A stretch of DNA of 64,000 nucleotides from Sminthopsis crassicaudata (taxonomy: Eukaryota), in the NCBI RefSeq assembly GCF_048593235.1, contig NC_133623.1, forward strand, positions 51,736,066 to 51,800,065, written 5' to 3'. The notes beneath the pieces were generated by a model. It made no database searches and had not been told where the DNA came from. It saw nothing but the letters and a program-made list of their open reading frames with translations. Below are positions 13,524 to 25,030 of the stretch, one piece after another. Every line of letters starts with the position of its first letter. Position 1 is the first letter of the stretch. Position numbers and translations under genes: made by a program.

Positions 13524-13612
13524 GTGGAAGGCCAAGGGTGGTGTGGAAGGCCAAGGGTGGTGTGGAAGGCCAAGGGTGGCGTGGAAGGCCAAGGGTGGTG
13601 TGGAAGGCCAAG
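13524..13612. repeat. 19-bp G-rich minisatellite GTGGAAGGCCAAGGGTGGT, about 4.7 copies
   Basis: Units start at 13524, 13543, 13562, 13581, 13600; one substitution among the four full units. Confidence 0.97.
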
Positions 13613-14197
13613 TGTGTCTGAAGAGATATCCATGCGTGTTTTAAGGTAATCTGGAGGCAGGTAGATGGCAGCCTCAAGGACTTGGACTGGATGATGTGGT
13701 AAAGACCTCCCTTTGGGAGGTGGGGAGAAGGGTATAGTCAGCTAAAGGGTTATGAATTATATTTTCCAATTGATTGTGATCTTTGCCCCATTCCCTTCTT
13801 TCTCTTGATTTCAAAGGATGCATGACAAACTCCTACCATGATGTGGACCATAGTCTTTACCCTTTGTATCTCTTCTTATTCTTTTCATAATTATATCACT
13901 TCCATCAAACCAGTATCTTCCTAGAGTTCTCTTGCCACTCAGAATTCACTCAACTGAGTTCATCTTATAAATGGGAGAATCCTTTTATATCTGTATCTCA
14001 GGGATCCCACTCCATTGGAGTGGCCTACTAGGCCTGTTCAAACAGAGATTCTTGGGAGGTTGTAGACTATGAAGCACTGTTTACAACTTTTTCGTCAGGT
14101 TTGATTTGATTCCCTCTCATTTCATGTATCTTTGTATGCTGCCTTTTCTAAGTATGTTGGGAAACGCTTAAATACCTGCTTTTTGTTTGGGATCTAG

Positions 14198-14353
<156 letters not shown>

Positions 14354-14595
14354 TAGAACACAGCACCACTGGCCAAATCATGCTCCTCTGAGTTGGACAG
14401 CAACTGGGCTCCAAAATGCCTGCTCTGACACACCTTTGAGGGGGGGGGGAATGGAATCCTGTCTTCCAGCACAAGTGTTAGAATGTAGTCATTCATACGT
14501 AATAATTTTCTTTTTTTCCTTCTTTTTTTTTTAAAGCAAAATAAGTGAAGTATCATTTTTTTTTTCACACGAATGCATTTGTTCTCCTTCTACAG

Positions 14596-14709
14596 GCTCC
14601 CCGACCACCAAAACAACCCAACATCCAAGATTTTCAATTCTTTCCATCTCAAGTATTTGGACTTCTGGAAAAAGAAATCCTTTATTATCGGAAGACCATA
14701 GGCTATAAG
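14596..14709 (+). CDS. SMARCA1: SMARCA1 exon, HAND domain ([38 protein letters not shown])
   Basis: Acceptor ctccttctacag|GCT, donor AAG|gtagtt; 114 nt. Confidence 0.97.
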
Positions 14710-16058
14710 GTAGTTTGTCCCTCTCTATCACCCTTGTATGCCCTGGATTCTATTGCAATGTCAAATTTTGGTCACTGAATCAAGGGCAGTCCATATCTGT
14801 AAAATGAAAAGGAGATTTAAGTGGTCACAAAATTCTCCTGAATCCACGGTTTAGTTACTTAACAAGAGGAATTATTGTGCAGTATTTGCACATGATATCC
14901 ACGTAGAGTTTTGTCATGACAGATACTCAAAGCTTCATGGAGGGATTTATGCGTGTCATTAAAAGGAAGGCTATGCTTTGGGCCGAAGCCTATATGCAGT
15001 TTCTGTGTTTATGTTTGTGGATAGTTCTTAGGGGGCTATCTGTTTACTATTAGGGTCCCTTCAGTGGGAAAAACAATGAATTTGTGATTTTCAGACAATT
15101 AGCCTATAGTAGGATGTCATGGGATATAACAGAGTAGAGAAAGTGGCCATTTTTGAGGTGAGCTAAATGGCCATTAAGTCAGAGTAAGTCAAATGAATTG
15201 TGTTGAGTAAGAAGTTGAGAAATAAACTAATATATGAAGGGGAGGTATTTAAAAAACCATGTCTGTAGCCATTGTAGAAATTAAGATAATAGAACTTTTG
15301 TGCATTTGTTCAAATCCTCAACTCTGTGTATATTTGTAACTTTTCTTTGTAGAGTGACTCAAAGGAGGCAAGCGTTTTGATAGTTGCCAAGTGCCCAGAA
15401 ATGCTCCATGTTGCCAGTTTTGAGTTAAGATACAAAGGTGTAGGAAGGACTTTTAGTGGAGGCTACAGTGTGGTGAAATATTGAAAAAGAAGTTGCCAAC
15501 TAAGATGATTCAAGTGTATCTATGTCCTTACTTATGTTTCAGAAAATTTCTTATCCGTCCAGGAACAGGAAACTAATTAGAGACCAGTGGAAGAAATAGT
15601 TAGTAATATAAATCTCTTGAAACCAGCAGGATTTGTAAAGACAGATTTTCAGTTTTTAAATTAGTGGGCAGAAAGGCAGTACCTCCCCTTTGGAAACCTC
15701 TGAGAGAACGAGCATACAAGGAGCTTTTAAGAAAAGGATGATAGTGAGGTGGTAAGTGTAGGGGAGGGATATTTTGGGATTGTAGAAGCAGCCCAATCCC
15801 AGCTGGGCCTGAACACGGAAGCCCTGTTTTTCTTAAAAACTGGACCAGAGAGAAATCATTAGCTTAATAAGCAGATCGTTATGTTTCTTTATTTTCACAG
15901 ACTGGCCCGTGAGAAGTAAGGTTTTTTTAAATTGCATTTTTTTTTCTTAATAAAGGCAAATAAATCTTTTCTTCCTTCTACTCCTCTCCTTCCTATTGAA
16001 CCCAAGAAAAAGAAAAACAAAACCTTTGTAACAAATGTGCTTAGAGATTGAAGGAGGT

Positions 16059-16228
16059 CAAGTTTGAAAGAATAATATTCACCTTTTAAAATCTCATACT
16101 TATTATGCTGATAGGTAAAGTTTGAAGGAATAATATTCACACTTTAAAATCTAATACTTATTATGCTGATAAGTAAAGTTTGAAGGAATAATATTCACAT
16201 TTTAAAAACTAATACTTATTATGCTAAT
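16059..16228. repeat. 58-bp AT-rich tandem repeat, about 3 copies
   Basis: Unit AAAGTTTGAAGGAATAATATTCACACTTTAAAATCTAATACTTATTATGCTGATAAGT; starts 16059, 16117, 16175. Confidence 0.95.
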
Positions 16229-16292
16229 CATAAGGAAGACTTGAAAAGATCTAGCATTTGACTCACGAAGCTCACTCTTAAATCCCAAAGTA

Positions 16293-16319
16293 GGGCGGAC
16301 CTATTTCAGCTTGACGTCA
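16293..16319. promoter_or_regulatory. GC box plus palindromic CRE, candidate intronic promoter/enhancer
   Basis: GGGCGG at 16293-16298 and TGACGTCA at 16312-16319; 7 CpG in 16261-16440. Motifs are seen; function is not shown. Confidence 0.35.
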
Positions 16320-18975
16320 GATCACATGGCCTTCTGCAGCCCAAAGACACGCAAGGGCTGTGAGCATGGCAACTGTGACCTAACAAATCAGGGCTGAGAT
16401 ACGCAGGGTGGGCCAAGGAACCGCCGTGAAGCAGTTAGGGAATGCTGTGTAGCCAGTGACATGGCACCCCAGGCTCCTAGAGAGTGCAATTTGGCTCTTT
16501 GATGAACCTTAATAGTGCTAACAGTGGGACCCACTGAATTTTGGGTACAGTCCTAGATTTACCTTAATCAGCTTCCTGTTTCAACTTAGCTGCACCTGAT
16601 TGCTATCCCAGCCTGGCATCCTACGAATTGCTTTGGGGGGCTTTTCTCCCCCATTCTCTGGCTTCTTCCCTTCCCTTTCCTCAATTGCTTGGACGTGGGA
16701 TGGTGTCTGCCGTTGCCCAGGGAGTTGGTGTTGAGGAAGAATGGAAAGCGGGACGAGAGTGGGAAGTGGAGGGGGTAGGGGGAGTTGAATATTGGAGGCT
16801 CCTGCTGCTGCTCTCTCCTTTCCTTCTCTGCCTGAAAAGTTAATTGGCAAGAGAGAAGAGGGGAGAGCGGGGCTTTCTGCCACTATTCGCCCCCCCCCTC
16901 CCTGCTTTGTACCCTCTTCTACAGTCCTAAGAAGCTTTGGCTTTCTTTTCTGCTCTAATGAGTTCCCCTGTTTCACCAGCAGCTTGGAGCTGAGGGAATT
17001 CCCACTGCTGGGGTCACATTAGAGAGAGATGTGCGCTTGGCATCCCAACTCGGAACTTAGAATGCATTTCCCCATAGAAACGAGGTTATAAACAGTGGTT
17101 CAGTTCTGTAGTCATGGTTGAAATAGGCTGGGTTTGTTGGCCTGGGCTGGGAACCTAAGCCCCATTTATCACATAGTTTCAGTGGGAAAATACATTCTGC
17201 ATTCCAAACACAATCTATGTAAGTCGAGGACTGTCTCTGTTTAGAAAAGAAAAACTAAATAGTGAAATTGAGGTTCTCCTGGCTTGAATCGCAACCACCC
17301 AGAGAGTGTGGAAAAGTCTCTTGTTGTCTGAGGGCAGCATAGACACCGGGGATTGAGAGGGGCTCCTTTTCTACCAGTCTTGAGGTGGGGGGCGGATTTG
17401 ATCGGAAGATCTCACTCATCGCCAGTTTGGGTCGAGGGTTCCTGGGTAGTGACCCTCGCCAGAAACGCTTCCACTGGGCATTGAGAAACCATTTCTTCGG
17501 GCAGAAATTTTTCACTCGGGTGAGTCCCACAAAAGCCTTGCCTTTTATGTGAATGCTTACATCTTAAGATGAAGAATTTTTTTTCTTTTTTTGTGTTCTT
17601 TCACTAACTTGATTAATTAAAGGCTAACCTTGATTAATTAAGGGCTAGGTATAAACATTCCAAAACAAAGCATACCCTCTCCTCCTCCCAATTTATTGGT
17701 GATCGGGGAAGAAAATGACTCTGGATTTTTCTCAAGGTGGATCAATCAGTCATTTAGCCTATATGAAGTGTCTGTGATGTCCTGGATCATTTTTATAGTT
17801 TAGATGATTGAGGAGGAGTTACTCTCTGTAAATATGGAGGTGTGTGTTATTGAACTTTAATCACAAATGCCCAATAATGTCACATTTAGATTTATATTTT
17901 CTTTAATAACCAGCAGAATGCTCAGAGAACTTAAAAAGTCCTTACTGATGGCCCAAATTTAACTGCTCAGAGGTATAGATCTTGACGTAATTCTCATTGG
18001 CCACTGTTTGGGAAATAATGTTATTAGCAAGATGATAATAATCATATCCACTATCCCTAGATGAGAGGCGGTCTAGTGTCACAGAAAGAGCGCTAGACTT
18101 AGGAGACCCAAGTACATGTCCTGCCTCAGGTATTTGCTGATCATGTGGTCTTGAATACATACAACCTTCCAGACTCTTTATTTTTCCATCTGTAAAATGG
18201 GGATGATGATACATGCTAACTACCTCACAGGGTTGTTGTAAGGAAAGTGCTTTTTAAACCTTAAAAGGTTAAACCTAAATGCAAGCTATTATTCGAATAA
18301 ATGGCTAGGAGAGTAAAATGCTAAGCACTTGCGGAAATACTTGTTTCTTTTCCATTCTGTTGATATGAGCCAGTTAAGAGGATACATAGTTAATGTACTC
18401 CCCAGGGATTAGTTCACGCCCTCAATGATAAAAGTCAGCTCATTTTGGCTGTTGTTTTTTTTTTTTTTCAATTTAAAAATGATATAGTAAGGTGATTTTA
18501 TTTTGGTCCAGATCTGTGATTTTTTTTTTTCATTGTGGGAGCCTTCCCAGGACCCATTTAGGCCATGATTTATAATTTGGGTGCCTGAGGCAATGAGAAC
18601 TTACATGACCTGCCCAGGGTCACCCAGCCAGTGTGTGTATCAGAGGGTGTCATCCTGACTGCTGATGCTGCCTCTTAGTTAATAATAGAATGTAAACCAG
18701 TGCTTCTAAAGAGCTACATTGTGCATTGACCAGGGACCTTCAGAAGCTACTCCGTCTTCTAGCACTAGTTACTGGAATTGCCCAAATCCATCTGCTGGGA
18801 GAGGAGAATTCAGCTCCTGAAATGTCTCAGTTTATATTTCTATTGGAAACTCACTTAAATATCTTCAGGGAAATAGAGATGGGTTGAGATATTGAATGGG
18901 TTTGAATAGGTTCTTCTCTAGAAGTGAGGAAATTGTCCCTTTGTTCTCAATCAAAATTCTTTTGGAATGAATATC

Positions 18976-19121
18976 TTTTTTTTTTCCCCCTGAGGCTGGG
19001 GTTAAGTGACTTGCCCAGGGTCACACAGCTAGGAAGTGTTAAGTGTCTGAGACCAGATTTGAACTCGGGTCCTCCTGAATTCAAGGCTGGTGCTCTATCC
19101 ACTGTGCCACCTAGCTGCCCC
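18976..19121 (-). mobile_element. WSINE1-type SINE, young
   Basis: Same consensus; TSD TGGAATGAATATC at 18963 and 19124. Confidence 0.9.
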
Positions 19122-20425
19122 ACTGGAATGAATATCAATATTTACTCCCCAGGGAGGCAGTTCTATAATGTTTGTGAATTTGGGGGACGTGGCATTGTGG
19201 GCAATCAATTTTGCAGAGGCCCGACTAAAAGGCACCTTTTCAGTTACTGTTTTCCTTTGACGTGCCATCATATGTAATCCAGCCCTCCCGTATATCTATG
19301 AACTACTGCCTACAACACCAGTGTAGGGCTAAAGACAAAAAAAGGCTCCCTGCCTCTCCCCACCCCATAGCTCCTTATCAAATGCTGCGCAGTTTGCTGC
19401 CTTGAAATCCAAATTGTGTTCTGTTTCTTTTTAAAATTTCCTTTTTGGAGATTGCGGTTGTATGTTTTCTGGGTGCAAATGACAACATACTCTCCAAAAA
19501 ACATCCGCAGTTCCTTCAAAGTACCCTGGCACTATTATTGAAGGGGTCCGGTGGTAACTTGCTTACCTCCAAAAGCTAAATGCTGACAAGAAATGGAGGA
19601 AGTAAAATCAGAGAATGGTCTGCTGGCTTTCAATATTGAGGGAGAGATTTTTGGAGCTTGCTGAAAGCCTCAGCACTAAATCAGACTTGCAAGTTGCAGT
19701 GTTGAGGCTCTCTGCAGATCAGTAGGAGACATATATGGTTGAGTTTTAAATGAAGTTATTAGTTTCAGAACAGATGATGCTTTTTGTTGCAGGTTCTGGA
19801 ACCCGTTGTATTAAATATTCATTGTTCTATATATACTTCAGTTTCATTAAGTCAAGTGGGATCTTTGATTAAATAAGGGTAAATGGTTTATTTTGCTTGA
19901 TTCTTTCCTATTAGGATGATTAGAATAATAATAGCTAGCATTTATATTGAGCTTTAAGGTTTGCAAAGCATTCTACCGATATTACCTCATTTTATCCTCA
20001 TGGCTGTCCTTTGAAGCACATGCTCTTTTACCCCATTTAAAAATGGGGAAGTTGAGGCATGTTAAGATTATGTGATTTGATCCAGGGAGAGCTGGGAAAA
20101 AGGGGAGGGAAATTTTACATTATTTATTGGAAACTTTTGAAACTGTTAGTGTTAGATAGTTTGACTTAAACTTTCCCTTCTAAGTAAGGGAAACCTCTAT
20201 TCTTTGGGAATTACCCAAGAAAAACTTGAGTGATGAACACCTTCATTATTTTAGATACTCATATTTTCTTGAAATACTATATTCTATGTCCTCGCAAGGT
20301 AGTTTAGACAGCCTTCCAATTTTGGCATCTCGGTGGCACAGTGGAAATTGCCCTTCGTTACTTAACTAGCTGTGTTACTGTGGAGAAGTCACGTAACCCT
20401 AGCCTGCCTCAGTTTCTTCACCCTT

Positions 20426-20573
20426 TTTTTTTTTCCTGAGGCTGGGGTTAAGTGACTTGCCTAGGATCACACAGCTAGGAAGTGTTAAGTGTCTGTGTCT
20501 GAGACCTGATTTGAACTCGGGTCCTCCTGAGTTCAAGGCTGGTGCTCTATCCACTGTGCCACCTAGCTGCCCC
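20426..20573 (-). mobile_element. WSINE1-type SINE inserted into a MIR
   Basis: Same consensus; 15-bp TSD AGTTTCTTCACCCTT at 20411 and 20574; MIR core continues on both sides. Confidence 0.92.
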
Positions 20574-20999
20574 AGTTTCTTCACCCTTAACATGGTAGGG
20601 TTGTTTTAAAAAACCTCTAGGACCCTTTCTACCACTCAGATCCTGTGATTTCATCATCTTGTGAAAGATTTGGTTATACAGTGTGGAAAGGGACACCTAC
20701 TTAAAGTAGTCGATAGTATATTAGCAAGCTCGTTCAAAATGGAAGGGCCTGAGCATGATGGGAGAAGACTGGGTGGAGACTGGTCTGGAAAGAACCTGGG
20801 GAGATAAAGAAGAGTGGGGAAGAAAAATAAAGCATTAGTTAGGATATGTTTGTACAGGACCTTGTATATCACAAGTTACTGCTTGGACTTTTTAAAAAAT
20901 TGGTTGTTCTCTGAGCATCTCTAACTCACTACTTAGCAAAGCTTGTGGCTTTTACCTCCCTTCCATCTTTTAATATGTTGCCTTTTCCACCCACAGAGC

Positions 21000-21450
21000 T
21001 TCTAGTCTGCAAACCATCCTCCATATAATTGCACCTGTAGACCAGGTCTGATCATGTCCCTCATGTGCTAAGTAAACTTCAGTGGCTCCCTATTACCTTT
21101 GGGATCAAATTGGCACTGAAAGCCCTTTTCAAGCCGATCCTTGTAGCTATGATATATATCCTTTCTCTTCACCCAACTTAATGGGTCTTCCTGTTCTTTC
21201 TTCCACCTCCACTTCTTAAAACTCCTTTTTTAAAAATGTTTGATTCCTTTGATGTTCAGCTCGGACCACTTTTCCTGACCTTTCCTATCCCAGAATCACT
21301 GACCTTTGCCTCCCAAATGATCCTGGTTACAAGGGAACTTATGGTCCCTCCCAGCTAGATCTGATGCTGCTCAAGGGCAGCCTCCATTTTTTTTTTGTCC
21401 AGAGCCTAGCTCAGACACTTTATAAATGCTGGTTGATTGATTGATTGATA
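21000..21450 (+). mobile_element. L2 LINE 3' end
   Basis: CTTCAGTGGCTCCCTATTACC..CAGAGCCTAGC..AAATGCTGGTTGATTGATTGATTG, the typical L2 (TTGA)n end. Confidence 0.7.
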
Positions 21451-22301
21451 AGAATGATACTATGGGAGTACAATTTGGGGAAGAACTTTATGTAATGTAT
21501 TGGGAAGGGGAAATGATGAACGCAGTGCAAATTAGAATTGCTGGGTTGCCTCTCCCACGATGAGCCTTGTCCTTGAACTCTTGGCCCTACAGAAAAGGAC
21601 TTTGAACATTTTGCTCAGACGTCGAATATTGTATATCCTCTCTCCAACCATCTTCGAGATTGGGCGGGCATACCTGTTGGCTTGAGGAAGGGAGGGATTG
21701 CCAAGCCCCCTTGCTGGTTATCTTGGATAGGGCCGAGGGTCCAGGGGCCAATGCTCCGTGTCCCACTCTCGCCATTCTCAAGGCATCACAGCCGCAGCTG
21801 TTACACCATGAGTTGGCCTTCCTCACTGTGGGCCTCTGTCTGTGTTTTTTGTCCTTGCCTTTTTCTGTTTTTATCTCTTCTCCTGACCTTGTTATATATT
21901 GTTTCTTATTCTTCTGCCTAGCTCTGCCAAATGATCTCATATTTCTATCACTGACTAATTTGAATGTGTGATATTACAGGTTCTTTACTTTGTTTCTTTT
22001 CTATATAGGCAAGTTAGCTCTTTGTCCAAAGGCGTTTCATAGAGCAGCTTTATATGCGAGGAGCAGAACTTAACTGTGGAAGAGAGAGGGCCATCCCATA
22101 GGGACACCCTGAATTTTGTATCCTGCTATCTCCTGCTTTTTTCCTGTTTCTTTTTGTTTTTGCTTGCATGTTTTTGCTGGGGCTGGTACTTTTTGGTGGT
22201 TTTTGAATCTGGGCACAATCCTGTCCCAATAGCTCATACAATATGCCGGCATGCTTTTTCGAACCTGAATTCCCCTACACATATCAGTATCTTTGTTTTA
22301 A

Positions 22302-23051
22302 GGTAAGAATTTTAATCTTCTGAGTTATATGTGCTACTTTGAACAAATCTGTATTAAATTTTACCATGTCTAAACTCTGGGCTCTTGAAGGGGGAAAACA
22401 GAAAGTGGAATAAGAGACTTTTTGTTCTTAAGGAGCTTAAGATAAAAATCTCATTGACTGCCTTTATTTTTCCCTCCAAAAATGAATGAGGACCTCTGAC
22501 TCCATGGCCTGTCAGGGATTTCTAGCTCTCTCCCACTGATCCCAGAAGATAGACATAGGTAGCTTTTAAGATAAATTAGACTGTGCTAAATTTTGTTTTA
22601 GGGTAATTGGAAAAGTTTGACAAAAGAGTTGAGGGGGCCAGTGAGGTGATTGAGATAAGGGAAAGAAAGCTTCATGGTAAAAATGTTAATCTTCTGAATT
22701 ATATGTGCTACTTTTTACAAACCTGTATTAAATTCTACCATGTCTAAACTCTGGGCTCTTGGAGGGGGAAAATAGAAAGTGGAATAAGAGACTTTTTGTT
22801 CTAAAGGAACTTAAAATCAAAATCTCGTTAACTGCCTCTATTTTTCCCTCCAAAAATGAATGAGGACCTCTGACTCCATGGCCTGTCAGGGATTTCTAGC
22901 TCTCTCCCACTGATCCCAGAAGATAAAGGCCTAGGTAGCTTTTAAGATAAATTAGACCATGCTAAATTTTGTTTTAGGGGAATTGGAAAAGTTTGACAAT
23001 AGAGTGGGAGGGAGGGTCAGAGTGAGGTTGTTGAGATAAGTGAAAGCTTCC
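22302..23051. repeat. Direct tandem duplication, 374-bp unit
   Basis: Copy 1 starts GGTAAGAATTTTAATCTTCTG (22302), copy 2 GGTAAAAATGTTAATCTTCTG (22676); more than 80 nt identical at 22465 and 22839. Confidence 0.96.
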
Positions 23052-23318
23052 TGGAAGAGAGACAGTATCCAAGTTTGTCTGACTTTGAGGGTAAGTGCAA
23101 GTTGTGGGAGGAAGGGGGCGGGCCTTACATCCTATGTGTGAATTCATATCCTAAGAACAGGAAGGGCAGGATGAGTTTAGGAAAGATGAGTGCTAAGGGA
23201 TTGACTGTTGCATCAGTGAAAGAGACAGTATGTAGTGTGGGGGAAGGTGGGAGATGTAGGCCTGAACTGATTCAAGCCAAAGGCAAAAATATTTGCATCA
23301 GGTGTATTAGAGGAATAC

Positions 23319-23458
23319 TTCAATTAAATTATTTGAGACTAATTATTATTTTCCGGTACTATTTCAATTAAATTATTTGAGAATATTATTTTACAGTAAT
23401 ATTTCAATTAAATTATTTGAGAGTAATTATTTTTCTACAGTGGTATTTAAATTAAATG
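23319..23458. repeat. 40-44 bp AT-rich tandem repeat, 3 copies plus partial
   Basis: Core TTCAATTAAATTATTTGAGA at 23319, 23363, 23403. Confidence 0.9.
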
Positions 23459-24907
23459 AAAGCGAACACTTGGACTCACAGATTTGCCTTTTTTTTTTTT
23501 TCAAACAAAAAAATTGAGAAAGTAGAGTTCTAATATATTTTTAACACGGCAGATGCTTCTTTTCATTCTGCTGTATTACATTTAGCCTTTAAAGGTCAAG
23601 TGTTTTGTTTTCATGATTCTGTGCTAAGCTTAGATGAGAGTGGTCACTTGGGTGTTAAATTAAAAAGGCCTTGTTTTCCAACTCCCCACGTCGCCATCAA
23701 ACATGCATCACACCCGGAAAGTGAGCAATATGATATTCTATGACATTCGCCTAGAAAAAATCCCATTATAGGGGGCTTACCTGGTTCCCATAGGGAATAG
23801 CATTCTGTATTCCTTAAGGACACCCTTTAGTTTTTAAGCTTTTTTTTCTTTCTGACAGAAATCTTTTTGGATCTCGTGGAGTGCCATCTTAAATGATGGC
23901 TCCCTTTTGTTAGATATAGGTGTAAACCTGGCTGTCATAGATAGAGACACAGAAGTGGCTTAATGTCTTGTTATCTCACTTCAGACTGTGTGTACACGGT
24001 GACATGTTGATCGTCCCTACTGTGAGTGTGGAGTCCATTCCTCTCCTTTCTCCGTTTCTGGCTCTGGCTTTTTTTTTTTAACCATCACAATGTTTGCCAC
24101 TTTGCAGTGTCTTCCTCCTGCCCTGGCCCTGCCAGCTCCGGTCCCTGCCATCTCTATGTCTGCTTCTCTGTTGGCTACTGCCAGCCCTCTCATCTCAATC
24201 CTTCCCTCTTCCATTTAGTGTTTTGAAAGCACTCCATTTCTACTGTCTGTTCCTCTCTGCCTTCTTCTCAACATTTTTTCCTCTCTTCTCTCTGCCCTCC
24301 TGTATTAAGTTTTCAGGTTAAAAAAAAAGGAGCTGGCTGTATCTGTTGATGGCCAGGCAGAGTACCCTGTGCATTTGTGTGGCTAAATTACTAGATGCAA
24401 GGCTTTGGGGTTCCAATTCTTCTCACTTAAAGACTCTGGTGACAGGGGTAGGGCTCTGACTTGAATTTTTGAAGCTGATCTGGGAGCCTCTGGGCAAATG
24501 CTGGCTAGCTGAGAATGGCTTGTGTGATGCTGGTATTGGGGGGACGAGGGAAAATAAATACCCACTTTTCACGTTCTTGGATTTCTCCATCAAAGTGTGA
24601 GAAGACCTTATATGTTATTATATACATAGGAGACATAATTGATCCCATGGCATAATCCAACCAGGGGCATAATGAGGTATTCTAGAATTGGCTTTTAGTA
24701 CAATCGCTGTGTGGTGCATTTAAAAAAGCGATTTTCATCGGGAGAGTTTCATGACAGACAAAATGGCTTCTTTTGTAATAAATGTGGCAAAGGCTATCTC
24801 CGTGTGTTTAGACTTTATGCCGTTCATTAAGTTGGCTGTGTGTCTAGAGCATAAAAAGTGAGCTTCCTAACTGTTGGCTCATTACTCTTTGCTGTGCTGA
24901 TTTGTAG

Positions 24908-25030
24908 GCGCCAAGGAATCCTGAACTCCCCGATTCAGCTCAAGCGCAGCAGGACGAACAGAAGAAGATTGATGAAGCTGAAGCTCTCACTGCTGAGGAG
25001 ATTGAAGAGAAGGAAAAGCTTCTCAGCCAA
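24908..25030 (+). CDS. SMARCA1: SMARCA1 exon, HAND domain ([41 protein letters not shown])
   Basis: Acceptor tgatttgtag|GCG, donor CAA|gtaaaa; 123 nt, phase 0. Confidence 0.95.

Noticed and set aside
13398-13677. Overlapping ORFs with repeated HHPWPSTPPLAFH
   Set aside because: Translations of the 19-bp minisatellite; not RSX or a CRISPR-like array (no spacers; RSX is recalled near PHF6/HPRT1).
15353-15757. Cryptic exon(s): acceptors at 15352 and 15542, donor GTG|GTAAGT at 15751
   Set aside because: Stops in all three frames from 15543, no CpG or homology support; expected by chance in a long intron.
17380-17440. Faint resemblance to 7SK RNA
   Set aside because: Only ATCGCCAG is shared; no colinear match.
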